Shown here: positions 13,921 to 27,326 of the stretch, piece by piece
How the letters are laid out: every line of letters begins with the position of its first letter
Numbering within the stretch: the stretch's first letter is position 1
NCBI RefSeq assembly: GCF_009914755.1
Contig: NC_060938.1
DNA length: 64,000 bases
Strand: one strand, 5' to 3'
From: the human T2T-CHM13v2.0 reference genome, Homo sapiens
The notes under the pieces: model-generated
What the model was told of the DNA's origin: nothing
The model's database searches: none
What the model saw: the letters and a program-made list of their open reading frames with translations, nothing else
Position numbers and translations under genes: made by a program

Positions 13921-14452
13921 TTACTAAATCATGATATAAAGTCAGAAATAATTTGAAATAGATAACATCTTGTCTTTTGAGATGTAGGGTGAAATGATGA
14001 TGATTTAAATAATAATATTCAATCTGAACATAACTGCTTAATTTTTGAATAAGGCTTAAATCACTTCAAAAGCAAGGACTTACAGTGAAGACTACTTACA
14101 TACTTTTAATGCTATTGTCCATAAACCCAAAGGTGCAAAGTGTGCAATCTAATGAAGGATCTCTTGCCTCCTCTTGGCATCTAACCTTACTAAATCCTGA
14201 TATAAAGTCAGAAATAATTTGAAATAGATAACGTCTTCCCTTTTGAGATGCAGGGTGAAATGATGATGATTTAAATAATAATATTCAGTCTGAACATAAT
14301 TGCTTAATTTTCAAAGAAGGCTTAAATCACTTCAAAACCAAGGACTTACAGTGAAGACTACTTACATACTTTTAATGCTATAGTCCATAAACCCAAAGGT
14401 GTAAACTGTGCAATCTAATGAAGGATCTCCTGCTTCTTCTTGGCATCTAACC
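13921..14452. repeat. Direct tandem duplication, 2 x 266 bp (~94% identical, no indels)
   Basis: Unit 1 13921-14186 and unit 2 14187-14452 both start ttactaaatc and end ggcatctaacc; about 17 substitutions by hand count. Confidence 0.97.
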
Positions 14453-17400
14453 TTCATTACAGGGATATTTCATAGAGGCACTTAGTGACCTACACATTTA
14501 TTGATTACTTTTGGTGAAATGTTTTTCTAAATAACCATTGGTAATCATTCAATATCTGATGAGTAAGGAAAAAAAAAACAAGCTTTTCCAGATACTAATT
14601 ATTTATAACATCTCCTATATTCATTCCCTTAGTGATGGCATCACCTTCCCAGCTAACCACACAAAACCTCAGTTATATTTACACCAACAATTTACCGCTT
14701 CCAGTTCCTACAATACCTCTTAAGTCAATCATGTCTGTTCCATTTCTACTTTCCTTGCCACTGTATAGGTTCACATCTTACCTTCCAAAGGTTATGCAAT
14801 AATATCCTTTCTATTCTCTCTTCCTCCAGGTTCATCCCTTTCAAATTTCATATGCTAAACTGGGCACAAATATCATAAATAATGTGGTTCCTTTACAAAA
14901 AAATCAATGTTTCGATTATTTAGAAATTATTTCACACCTAAGTTTTTCCTTAATATTTATTTAAAAACTTCTAATGTATAGCTCAAACTTTGGCATGTGT
15001 AAAATTAATTCATAATCACACAAAATCAAACATTTTCAGAGAGAAGAACTAAACATATCAAGGTTTACAAATTCTTAGCTTACAGTTAAGCCAAGAACTG
15101 CATAATGTTAAAATAGTTTCTAGTGGTATTTTACATAAGCATTGGATGACTATTTTAATATGCCAAGGAAATTGTTCCTAGCATGTCTTCTAAGCCTAAG
15201 CAGCAATAATACTATAAAAGTAATACTTAACGATTTATCTACAATAAAGCAATTTTCACCAATAGCAATAACATTTAGTTCCCAATTGCTTTTATGACTT
15301 GGCAAAAATAATTACAAGAATTAAGATTTCAAGCAACAAATATCAATAATTCCATATTTTTTCCTATTAAAATACAACATATTGTTTACTAGACATTAAT
15401 ATTATTTTTAAAAATACTATTTTCTTGCATTTTTGCCTTTTTTTTCAAAAGTGATGAAGATGCACTTCATTTTCTAATTATTGTTCACAGAAGAAGAAAG
15501 AATAAACTTAGTCCACCAGAAGTGGTCCTTAAATACCTCTAGTGGCTTCTGAAACCTAGCATTGAAGATTCAGCAAAATATTTTTGTGGTGTGCTATAAT
15601 ATGAATCTCTATGAAGAATGAGATATTGTAAATTCTTCTGTAATAGGACAACGTGCTATTGTAAAAATTCTCAAATTATAGAATGATTATATGATTCATT
15701 TTTACACTGATAGGGAGAAGCACCCTGGAGAATTGTTCTGATAGTAATAATTACCTTGCTATTATAATGGTAATCTTCATCTTGTACGAGAGTAGAAATG
15801 GATAAAGAAGGGGCAAAAAACCCTGAGAAATTATGTCTTTATATAAGAACAGGCTAACACTTAAGAACAAGTAATATCGCTAAACAGTACATAAATAATG
15901 ACATTGCCACAGCAAATACGAGTTAACCAGATCCAGTTCTTGCCTAAGTTATTGTGATGCTAAGAAAAGATACTAGCCTTATTCCTCCTACTCTTTTACT
16001 CCATTTTCCACATATAAAGTGATAAGCGTAGGAGGAAATCTGACTTGGCAAAGAATCAGTACTATTTCCAGAGAGGAAAAAAATAATTTCAACTTAGAAA
16101 CTTTTAAACCAACATCTAACTGAGTAGACTATCAGAGTTTTGTTTGACAACATTTACATGATACACCGGTTTACGGGAAATGAAATTTGCAAATGATATG
16201 GTCTGCTCGTGATGGAAAATAAGTTTTATAGATGCAAGGTATTTTGTTCAACATATTAATAGCGAAGAGGAATGAGTTCTTATAGACACTAATATCCTGA
16301 ACTGCTAATGTAATGTTTCTCTGTGTCTTGATACAGATTTAAAGTAGCTCTGCTTCAAAAATATCCAATCTTTGCCTACAGACAAAAGTAATCAAATTAT
16401 ACCATAGTCATACAATCACTTATCAGTGACCAAATGGCTCAAGGACTTTTTATGATCCACTAAATTAAGTCACATACGAGAAATGATGTTTTGCTTAGTT
16501 TCTCCATCCTAGGTAGGAGGCATTCAAAGACAAAAACATTTATGGGCCAGAAATGATTTATATTTGACTTGGAAATTTGGCAGGAAAAATACCGTATCAG
16601 CCTTATTTCTCCATTGGTGAAAATTAAAATGCTACAAAAAAATGCAATTTTCACTAGAAGCACCACAGATTATTTCTGAAAAATAAAAAATCCCAACTAT
16701 CCAAAGTGTCCTATATTTGAGTTACTATTTAAGTGGTCAGAAGTAAAGAAACAGTTAAAAACAGGAGGATATTGTTACCCCCAATTCAGTAATGTTACAG
16801 GTACACAGGCACCGTGATATAGAAGTCTTATTTGACATTTTAGTAAGATATTGTAAATAATCAGCAGTCTGAAGTTTGAAGCTAGATTTTCCAGTTAGAA
16901 TTTATCATGGGTTGACAACAGTGAGTGAAATGTAGCTCCACAGTTCGTTCTTAAAGACATTGTAATTTCCAGGTGAAAAGAAAACAAATAAGGAGGCTTT
17001 AGCTCTTGATTCTTAGGCTCCCAGGTGTGGGAGAAAATTATATGGTCCCAGGATGACAGAAATTTAGGAAAAGAGGAATGGAGGGAAGTTTCCCTAATAT
17101 AAAAAAGGTTGCAAAGAATTAATTACAAAGTTTCTGCTACAGGGCCATTCAAAAAGCAGCATTTTGCATGACTCTGGACATCATTCAATTTCTTCTCAAC
17201 AGTTTTTATCTTCATACTGGAGGAAACACCAAACGGAAATTAGTTCCAGGTCTAAGTAAAACTATGACATAGAACACATAACCTCTGTCTTTCACCGGGC
17301 TTCAGCTGCCTCATTCAGCACAGAGAGCAATGGACTAGAGTTCATTCTGACTCTGAAAAATGCAGATGTATCTAATTTTAAAATCTAATGTTTATTTTAC

Positions 17401-17479
17401 AAAATTGAATTGAATCTAAATTTCTAGATTATACTACAAGGAAACCTGTGTCAAAGACATGAAACCTCTCTCTTCCTTC

Positions 17480-17730
17480 TTCATTCATTCATTTATTCAC
17501 TCAATATTATTGACCACCTTCTAATTATCATTCTAACTCCTATGTTGATAAGTTATAGTAAGTAAGGTAAGATCAGAGAGACTTATTAGGAGATTTGGCT
17601 TGTACCAAGATGTCACTAGCAGAGGTGATAAAAATTCTAGATGTATTCTGGAGGTCAGATTCTAGATATATTCTAAAAATATAGGCAAGAAGATTTTCTG
17701 AAGGATCGGATGGTGGAGTAATGAAAAAAA
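17480..17730 (-). mobile_element. L2 LINE fragment (3' end plus internal piece)
   Basis: (tcat)n tail, then ggcttgtaccaag, ggtcagattctagatatattctaaaaatatag. Confidence 0.65.
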
Positions 17731-19436
17731 AAAAAGAGAAAAGGAAGGAAAGAGACGTTTTGAATTTTTTGTTTCTACATCCCCATACCATGCCCTTCTA
17801 ATGCACTTATTTTTCCTGTTCAAGTTTAAAATACCACAGTGAAAACATTTTACTGAACTGACATTTTATGACATACTTTCAAGTTTTAAAAAATAAGTAA
17901 TCTTTTTTAAAAAAAGTTTTTCATTTATATTTTTTTAGATCATGACACTCAGAAACATCAGTTGGAGTATCTTTATTGACCCTATCTTTTCTTTTCCACA
18001 ATTCCAAAACATTTAATATCTATTGTTTAAAATTGGTAACTTGTACTTACTGCTATTCTACATTACTTTTACTTTAAGTGATCATATATTTCAGATATTC
18101 CATATTGTTCTTCCTCTTCCATTTCCACTAACTTCCCTGCCTTTGTCAAGCTTTCAATCAGAAACTTTGATGAGCAAGAGCCTGCTTCATTCAAAGAGAC
18201 ACAAACAATCATCATAATCATGATCACTAGACTTGCCTTTTTTATTTCTTTTCGTTCCTCCTGTCCCGTCATTCTCATGTTCAAAGCTGACTTTCAACTT
18301 TGAGAGGCTTCAATTTTAAGACTCACTCTAATTATTTATCTGAGACCTTACATTTCCAACAGTTGCAACAGAAAACTGCTCTAAATCCTGTCTCACACAG
18401 CATCAAGGTCCACCATGTATGTAAAGAGAAGTACAGATGGTGACAGACAAAGCTGAAAGCTCATGAGTACATCACAGAAGTCAAAATAACAGTGGCTTTC
18501 CATCTGTTAACATATTCATATTTACCTCATTTTCCCACAAGTACTCCTCTCTACTTTCCACTCACACTGGCAAATCTCAGCAGGCAGTGAGTGGTTGGCA
18601 TCTATTTTCATCTTGTAGTAGTTATTGAGTCTCCATTTTCTAAACAGCATGATATTATAAAGACAAGAGCTGAGGACATATTCTAGCCCCCAAGAAGTGC
18701 TGGAGTATTCCCACTCCTCAGCAATTTTTACTTTTGTCTACCCAGTATTGGTAAAAAGTACCTGTGGTGTCAAAACTCTTGAGATACAAATTTTCTCTAA
18801 TCAGAAACTGTTTCATCCTCATTTTCATAGTTTTAAAAATAAGTTTTGTCTAATTAATTTAGTAAAACATATTCAAGGGTAAATAAGTTGGAGAAACCTC
18901 AAAATTAATAGTAGGTATATGGCTACATGCATATTTCTATTTCCTTCACAGATTTATCACTTTTTGATATTTTTTGAGATAGCTATTTTTTACAAAGTTT
19001 TAGCTTTATACTATAAAGCCATATCAGAATTATGATATAAAAATTATAAGCCAGGAATTAAAAATATATATATATATGTAGGAATTACTTCCACGGACAC
19101 AACTAGATGTGAAATACATTTGGTCTTCAGTTTTCATACAAATATAGAGGGATATTTTACAAGGTTGCAAAATAAAGTCAAGTCCATCCAATAGAGCAGC
19201 CCTTGATGACAATGGTATAATTGAAATGAATAATTGCTAAATTAGTGCTTTAAAAGCAGGGGAAAGATTCATCAGAAGTGCAGAGATGTTTGTTAATGTT
19301 AGGGAGGATTCACTAACTGAAGATTTTCTTAAAATTGCTAATGGATTCAATATCATCGGTTAATTTTGCTCTCCTGCTTGGTGCAAAATTCATGGAGATT
19401 TCTACAGTCCAAAACAGCTATTCAAATTTCACACAG

Positions 19437-21751
19437 TGATATGGTTTGCATCTCTGTCCCCACCTAAATCTCATCTTGTAGCTCCTATACTTCCCAGATG
19501 TTGTGGGAGGGACCCCGTGGGAGATGGCTAAATCGTAGGGGCAGGTCTTTCCCATGCTGTTCTCCTAATAGTGAATGGCTCTCACGAGAGCTGATGGTTT
19601 TAAAAACAGGAGTTTCTCTGCATAAGTTCTCTTTCTTTGCCTGCCACCATCCATGTAGGATGTGACTTGCTCCTCCTTGCCTTCCATAATGATTGTGAGG
19701 CCTCCCCAGCCATGTGGAACTGTCAGTCCAATTAAGCCTCTTATTATTTTTTATTTTTGCAAATTGCTCGGCCTCAGGTATGTCTTTATCAGCAGCATGA
19801 AAACAGACTAATACAGTAAATTGGTGCCAGTAGAGTGGGGCGCTGCTGAAAAGACATCCAAAAATGTGAAAGTGACTTTGGAACTGGGTAACAAGCAGAG
19901 GTTGAAACAGTTTGGAGGGCTCAGAAGACAGGAAAATGTGCTAAAGTTTGGAACTTCCCAGAGACTTGTTGAATGGCTTTGAGAATAATGCCGATAGTGA
20001 TATGAACAATAAGGTCCAGGATGAGGTGGTCTCAGATGGAGATGAGAAACTTGTTGGGAACTAGAGCAAAGGTGACTCTTGTTATGTTTTAGCAAAAGAG
20101 ACTGGTTGCATTTTGCCCCACCCTAGAAATCTGTGGAACTTTGAACTTGAGAGAGTGATTTAGGGCATATGGTAGAAGGAATTTCTAAGCACTGAAGCAG
20201 TTAAGAGGTAACTTGACTACTGTTAAAGACATTCAGTTTTATAAGGGAAGCAGAGCACAAAAGTTTGGAAATTTTGCAGCCTAACAATGCAATAGGAAAG
20301 AAAATCCCATTTTCTGAGGAGAAATTCGAACCAGCTGCAGAAATTTGCATAAGTAAGGAGGAGCCAAATGTTAATCCCCAAGACAATGGAGGAAATGTCT
20401 CCAGGGCATGTCACAGGTCTTCACAGCAGCCCCTCCCATCACAGGCTCAGAGGCCTAAGAGGAAAAGTGGTTTCTTGGGCTGGGCTCAGGGTCCCTGTGT
20501 GCAACCTAGGGACTTGGTGCCCTGTGTCCCAGCTGTTCCAGCTGCGGCTGAAAGGGGACAATGCAGAGCTTGGGCCATGGCTTAAAGGATGCAAGCCTTA
20601 AGCCTTGGCAGCTCCCACTTAGTGTTGAGCCTGCCAGGACACAGAAGTCAAAAATTTGGGTTTGGAAATCTCTGCCTAGATTTCAGAAGATGTATGAAAA
20701 TCCCTGGATGTCCAGGCAGAAGTTTGCTGCAGGGGCAGGGAGGGCTCTCATGGAGAACCTCTGCTAGGGCAGTGTGGAAGGGAAATGTAAAGTTGGAGCC
20801 CCCACACAGAGTCCCTAGTGAGGCACTGCCTAGTGCAGCTGTGAGAAGAGTGCCACTGTCCTCCAGACCCCAGAATGGTAGATCCACGGACAGCCTGCAT
20901 CATGCGCCTGGAAAAGCTGCAGACACTCAATGGCGGTCTGTGAAAGCAGCCAGGAGGGAGGCTATACCCTGCAAAGCCACAGGGGCAGAGCTGACCAAGA
21001 CTATGGGAATCCACCTCTTGCATCAGCATGACCTGGATGTGAGACATGGAAGCAAAGGAGATCATTTTGCAACTTTAGATTTGACTGCCCTGCTGGATTT
21101 CAGAATTGCATGGGGCCTGTAGCTCCTTTGTATTGGCAAATTTCTCCCATTTGGCATCACTGTATTTACCCAATGCCTGTACCTCCATCGTATCTAGGAA
21201 GTAACTAACTTGCTTTTGATTTTACAGGGTCATAGGTGGAAGGGACTTGTCTTCTCTTGGATAAGACTTTGGACTCTGGACTTTTGAGTTAATGCTGAAA
21301 TGAGCTGAGACTTTAGGGGACTGTGGGGAAGGCATGATTGGTTTTGAAATGTAAAGATATGAGATTTGGGGGGTGGCCAGGGGCAGAATTATATGGTTTG
21401 GCTCTATGTCTCCACCCAAGTCTCATCATACAGCTCCCATAAATCCCACATGTGGAAGGGACCCGGTGGGAGACTGAATCATCGGGGCAGGTCTTTCCCA
21501 TGCTGTTCTCATAATAGCGAATGGGCCTCACGAGATCTAATGGTTTTAAAAATGGGAATTTCTCTTCACAAGCTTTCTTCCTTTGCTTGCTGCCATCCAT
21601 GTAAGACATAACTTGCTCCCCCTTGCCTTCTGCCATGATTGTGAGGCTTCCTCAGCCATGTGGAACTGTAAATCCAATTAAACCTCTTTATTTTGTACAT
21701 TGTCCAGTCTCAGATATGTCTTTAGCAGCAGCGTGAAAAAAGACTAATACA
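19437..21751 (+). mobile_element. Full-length THE1A ERVL-MaLR element: 5' LTR 19437-19815, internal 19816-21388, 3' LTR 21389-21751
   Basis: Both LTRs run (tg/tt)atatggtttg...gactaataca with THE1A-type ggttttaaaaa; ~1.57-kb internal region starts gtaaattggt and ends in a polypurine tract; flanks cacag/caagg (degenerate 5-bp TSD). Confidence 0.95.
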
Positions 21752-23768
21752 CAAGGGGACAGCAAATTAATACTGTGGGTTGTTTTCCTTTATCATTCTT
21801 ATGTATAAATAAGTTTCAGATAGTTTATGCATTTATTATCAATTCACAGTATCAGAAACACAAAAATCTCTTCCCTTAGCTATGAAAAATAACTGCTCAT
21901 TTTGAATGATTCCTAATTTCATTGCAATCACTTTTCCTTAGCCAAACCTTGAGTAAACAAGCAGTATCACAGGACCCGTTCAAAACAAGGGACATAGGTA
22001 TTTTATGAAACACTGCTTTATTCATATCTTCCTGATGTATGTTCAGCTGTATCAACATTACTGTGGATAATCCCAATGGAGAGTTTATAGACCACATTCA
22101 ATCAGATAAAAAACTAGAATCCATCTGGATCTGATTTAAAGAAGATTTAGTATCTTTCCACAATAAGGAATATGAGTCATACATTAATAAAACTCACACC
22201 TTGGGCAGCTTACCAAATATTTCTACACCTTATTTGTAAAATAAAAATTATAAACCATAAGCAACAGAGTTGTATGAGTTGAATGAAATAAAGTGAAAGA
22301 CTATGGCACAGAGAAGACTCACAGAAAATGAAAACTTTCATTATCACTAACTTCACTGAATAGTCATAATTATTAATATTCAATATTCCTAGCACTTTGG
22401 CTTTATTATTATGTCATCTAAATGACTTCTTTACAGAATGGAAGAATGGAAAAGAATATCAGGTAATTATTTGAGCCTGACATCTCTTAATGTTAACTTT
22501 TAAGTTTATTGGTTGCTTATTTCTAAATTTGGAAGCAGTAGCATACATAGATAATGCATAATACCTCCTTGTTGTTTAATAAATCTTAATTTATTGAAAA
22601 TTAACTTTTCTTTTTAGATTTTCCAAGAATTATTCCTTTTCTTAGTCTTGGCAATAACCCCCAAAATGTCCATTATAACAAGTCTATATTTATGTGGCTT
22701 TTTGGGAAATGATTTAGATTTTAAATTATCATTTATTTTTATGTATCATACCAGAATTTTCTTGCCTATGAAGCATTGCAGCAGTAGGAAAATAAAATTA
22801 TTGGTGGGTTAGGAATGGTTTTTTGAATGCAGGCTGTCTTGTAGGAACTATTTAATGCTACACAGCCCTGGGGCTCTCTGGGTTATCTCAATGCTCCAAG
22901 TCACTTGTTTTCGACCCTGGTTAGATCATTGGGCATTTTAAGTTTAAATGAATATTTTATTGAATCGAGTAGGTCACCCTATAAGGGGTATTGTCAGATG
23001 TATGAGTCGACATATGAGATTTCAAACTAAGATGATGTACTTAGGCTAGAGAACGAATAGAACTTCATAAATATCCAAACTATAGTAAGTAAAATCTCTT
23101 TACAAAACCAGTTTTTGCAAAGCAAGAGACATAAGCTGACTAGCTACCTTTCCCAAGGAAGCAAATGGTCTGTGCATTTTGTTCATGCACCAGATTCAGG
23201 GAAATTATTATACTCTTTGACATCCCACCTCCTATATTTCTACTACTTTGTGTGCTTTGTGACTGATTTAGTCTTAACAATGTATCATAGAAATGAATGC
23301 CACTTCTTTTATAAAGTTAACAATGATTAGCATAATAGATTTTAAGGGATATATGTTGATGAATTAAAACTGTATAAAAAAGAGCAAATGAAAAATGAGC
23401 ATAAGCAAGGAATGGATGAAGAAACACCTCATAAATGCAAATAAGATCTTAGTTTTCATTTTAACTGTCATTATTGATTGTTTATTAGAGATTTATAAGT
23501 AAATCCAAAAGTTAGTAAACAATAAACAAATAAAAGCAGGCCATGTATGGAACTATTGAGAGTATGTAATAAATCAAGGAATCAAGGATGATAATTCATA
23601 ACACTCTGCACAACAGAGGTTCACTAGAAAAGTAAAGAAAAATGTGCTATGGGAAACATGTTTGTCATAACCAGGAGAAACAGACAAATTACTATAGTTT
23701 TCCTCTTAGATAAGAGGAAGTGTTCCTCATATAACAGGTAAGACAAAGTTATGATCTGATAATTTGCA

Positions 23769-23833
23769 AAACAACATAATTAAAAAACTAATCAACATAA
23801 TTAAAATTAAACAACATAATTAAAAAATTAATC
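23769..23833. repeat. Short tandem repeat, 3 x ~20 bp (caacataattaaaa core)
   Basis: caacataattaaaa occurs three times in succession. Confidence 0.85.
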
Positions 23834-26800
23834 TTCTTGTATACCATTCTGAGGGCTCTCTCAGTTATGCATATCAGTCCTGGTATTTATGATGATGTAG
23901 GTTTTTCTAAAAAAAAGATGTGGACAATTTAAGTTCCTTGTTAGTCTATAATAATTTTGAGGACTGACAAGATTTAATAAACATATAAATGGATAAAGAG
24001 AAATTAGTGCTTCTCTGACACAAAAAAAAATTTGAACTGAAATCTTAATCACAACTAGCACTCTCAAACACATTTTAAATGTTTTTCTCTCCAAATTTAT
24101 AAATGAAATTCATTAAGTTATGGTTGTATACTGAATTTATGATAACTTTTTCGTGGCACTCATTTATTACTAAATGAAATAGGCTTTTTAGTTTATGTTT
24201 TATCCCTGAACATCGTACTCAAAAATTGACAGCTAATTAAACTAACTGACAGGAATAAACAAGATATTTCCTACATGCTACCTTTTTTTGGTGGCCCGTT
24301 TTACTTTCTGCTCCCCATTTATTTGGGGGAGATCATAGTGGTCTGTGAAATGCATAAACCAGGTAGTCAAAAGAAAAGAAGCAAATGGCACTGATAATCC
24401 AAACAGTAAATGGACTATATAAAATTTGCATGATAAAATTTTAAATTGTTCAAGGTTTTTAAAATGCTATTTATCTGATAGAAACTCTAAGCATTCAGAA
24501 CTGTTGCCATCACCATCTTATAAAGGGAAAATCAAGGCAGCAAATGGAATGCTGCCAATGTCATGCAAGTACTCAATGAAAGAGCTGGGTAGCACTTGGT
24601 TCTCTTCACAGTTTATTACATTTCAATATATCTTCAGTTCACTTTTTCCCCATGAGTTTCTTTTCCTTACATAGCTCAAACTAATCATCAGCATTCCTTT
24701 GCATACTAGTGAATCACTTTCTGAAAACAAGGTTACTCTCAAGATCAGAAGTTACTTGGTAGTCTTCATACTCATATATACTTTTGTGGGAAGCCTGTTT
24801 TCTACAGGATTCTAACAAAGAATAAAGAATGACTATATGCACCTACTTTGAATTTGAACAACAAAATTGAGACAGTGATTGCTGCCTTAATGAGATATAG
24901 TGTGTCAGCAGTAGAATAAAATTTATTCCCCAAGTGAATGCCTACAATAGTGAGATTAGTCAGCCTTTTTGCTAATAAACTGTGTAAAGATTCCAACTCT
25001 TGGGGTTAGCTCATATAAAGTATTTTTGCATTCTAGTTTTCTGTGCTTGTTACTGTTATTTATTCAAAATCACTTTCTTACTTGCAGAAAAGTTGAACTC
25101 TACTGACTACCCCAGCACTAGTATGCATATATAGAGAAATCACTTTCAGTAATTTGAAAACATTTTATTTAAAGCAAATACTATCAAAGAACCTAATTAA
25201 ATGAAATATTTGAGAAAAGAATCTTATTCTGAATACATTTCAAGAAAATAAGCCGCTGTTCAATAACTAGTGACTAACAGCATCATTTAATAACTCTTTG
25301 AGGACTAAATGAAGATTCATTTTGAAATCAAATCAGGTGGTGTAGTCTGTCTCCTCTACACACATCACATTAACTCAGTAATTGCCAAGTTTCACTTTCA
25401 CAATCGTATACATATTGGTGAGCATAAAAGGAGGTGCTAAAAAGCTATAATAGAAGTAACATTAAAGGTGTTAAATTGTAGAATTTTAAGAGAACAGGAA
25501 TATGATGTAAGAATTTACAAAGGAAGAAACTTTGAAAATCTAAAAACATAAGTGATAATAAAAAATATTATATCAGCTGTAATAAGTGAAATGTCATCTA
25601 GTTACAGGGAACTCTGAAGAATCCCCTCCAAGGGTTGTATGATTCCCTGATCCTCCAGTAGAATGAATTAACCTTCTTACGGGAATCAGTTGGCTAGGCC
25701 TGGCGTAGGTATCTCTTTCAGTGATGAGCTGTGTATATGCAATAAGAGGGAACAACATTTCACAGAACCTGTGACAAGATTGCTGTCGAAAGTCCTCTTT
25801 TTTGTCTGTTGAAGAACTGGAAGAATTGGCCTTTGATACTCGGACAGTGGGTAGACAAACAGATAGAGGATTAGATAGATAAACAAATCTAATCACATGC
25901 CAAGGACAAATGGATTTTTAGGAAATAATTATAACAAAATGTTAAGCAGAATTTTTTTTGTTATCCTAAAATTATCACTAAGGCTTATAGCTAAACATGA
26001 AATTCATTAATAAGTCTACATCCTAAAGCAATGTGTGAGACCCTCAAGCTGTGACCAAATGCCTTCTACAGAATCGATTAAGAAGAGCACAACTGGCCCT
26101 AAAACCACTGAACACCAATAAACCAACACCTCCTGAGAGTTTCTCTGAAGGTCTTAGGAGTACAGATTTTGCCGTAAAACCACAAACATTTTAAAGATTT
26201 CCTTTCCTCTATGAGAATAAGGGGCGTGTTGAACTTTATCCTATTTGAAGCCATATGAAAGAGGCACCAAGATATCAACAATAAAGATTAAGAATGCCTA
26301 TACGAAGGAAAGACTAGATAGTACTTTATCTCCCAGAATCTCTGCTTAAGCAGAAGACTTACTCCTTAGCCAAAGTATGCAGAACTCATAATAAAAACCA
26401 TGAAGATCAAAATGGAGGCCTGAGAAGGTGTAGTTGTTTTGTTTTTGCTTTTTTAAGCTGAACTGGTATCCCAGATATACAGCCATGATTAAGAAATAAT
26501 TATCTTTTTTTCTCCCCAAGAATACCACCAGGATGATAAATACCTGTCAACAATAAATACTAACTTTGGACAATTGTTATTTTACGTGTACGCCACGGTA
26601 GTTATGTGACAAATCTGATTGAAAAAAAAAGACATTAAAGCTATTATTAATTTTCAAAGTGTCCAATAGTTATTCCTAAAAAAAATTCTAACATAAAGTT
26701 ATCACATTTGACCACAGTGTTGGGGTAGTGTTTTCATACATCCTGGTAATACACACTTTTCATTCTATAATTAAATAAATTATTTTTCTATTTATGGCAA

Positions 26801-27269
26801 TGACATTGTCTAGAATCTGAGTTTGGTCGGCAAATATATTTGTCTACAGAGCTTCCAGCAATCTGTGACCATTCGAGAACATTTATTCTCTTTGAACCAT
26901 GTAACACAAATATAAATTCTTCTTTTCTTTCAAAGCTTCCTCATTCCAAGAACCCTCAAATGAACCCAATTGTGCATTTGCTTACAACTTTAATTAATCT
27001 TTAATTTTCCACTATTAATATGTTGAAGTTGATTTCGATGCAGAATGAACCCAAAGTGCGTATCAAATTTGCCATGGTTTTTGGTGTCAACAACTAACAC
27101 AATGGACATAAACAGAAGGTGGAGATGATATATTCACTCAATCATCCATTAGACAAAGATTTAAGTCTCTGTTTAAGTACAATGTTCAATCTTGGTTCTG
27201 CAGACAATGCAAATATTAATCAGACAGATATCACACTCTCAATGAGTTTATAATGAGTGCTCATTTTAT

Positions 27270-27326
27270 ATACGTGTGTGTGTGTTTGTGTGTGTGGATA
27301 TACATATAGATATACATATATATATC
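27270..27326. repeat. (TG)n/(TA)n microsatellite
   Basis: Direct reading. Confidence 0.85.

Noticed and set aside
13990-14030. ATGATGA...CTGA resembling C/D snoRNA boxes in each unit of the 266-bp duplication
   Set aside because: Boxes only ~25 nt apart with no convincing terminal stem; too short for a C/D snoRNA
16305-16375. Peptide GKDWIFLK loosely resembling the myoregulin N-terminus (GKNWILIS)
   Set aside because: Similarity limited to a few residues and no transmembrane helix follows
19808-21636. Dense cluster of overlapping ORFs up to 177 aa
   Set aside because: All lie in the relatively GC-rich THE1A element; fragmented MaLR ORF remnant or antisense frames
25594-25896. 100-aa ORF as a named protein-coding gene
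   Set aside because: GTG start, no recognisable family or domain, no consistent multi-exon frame; kept only as a low-confidence finding
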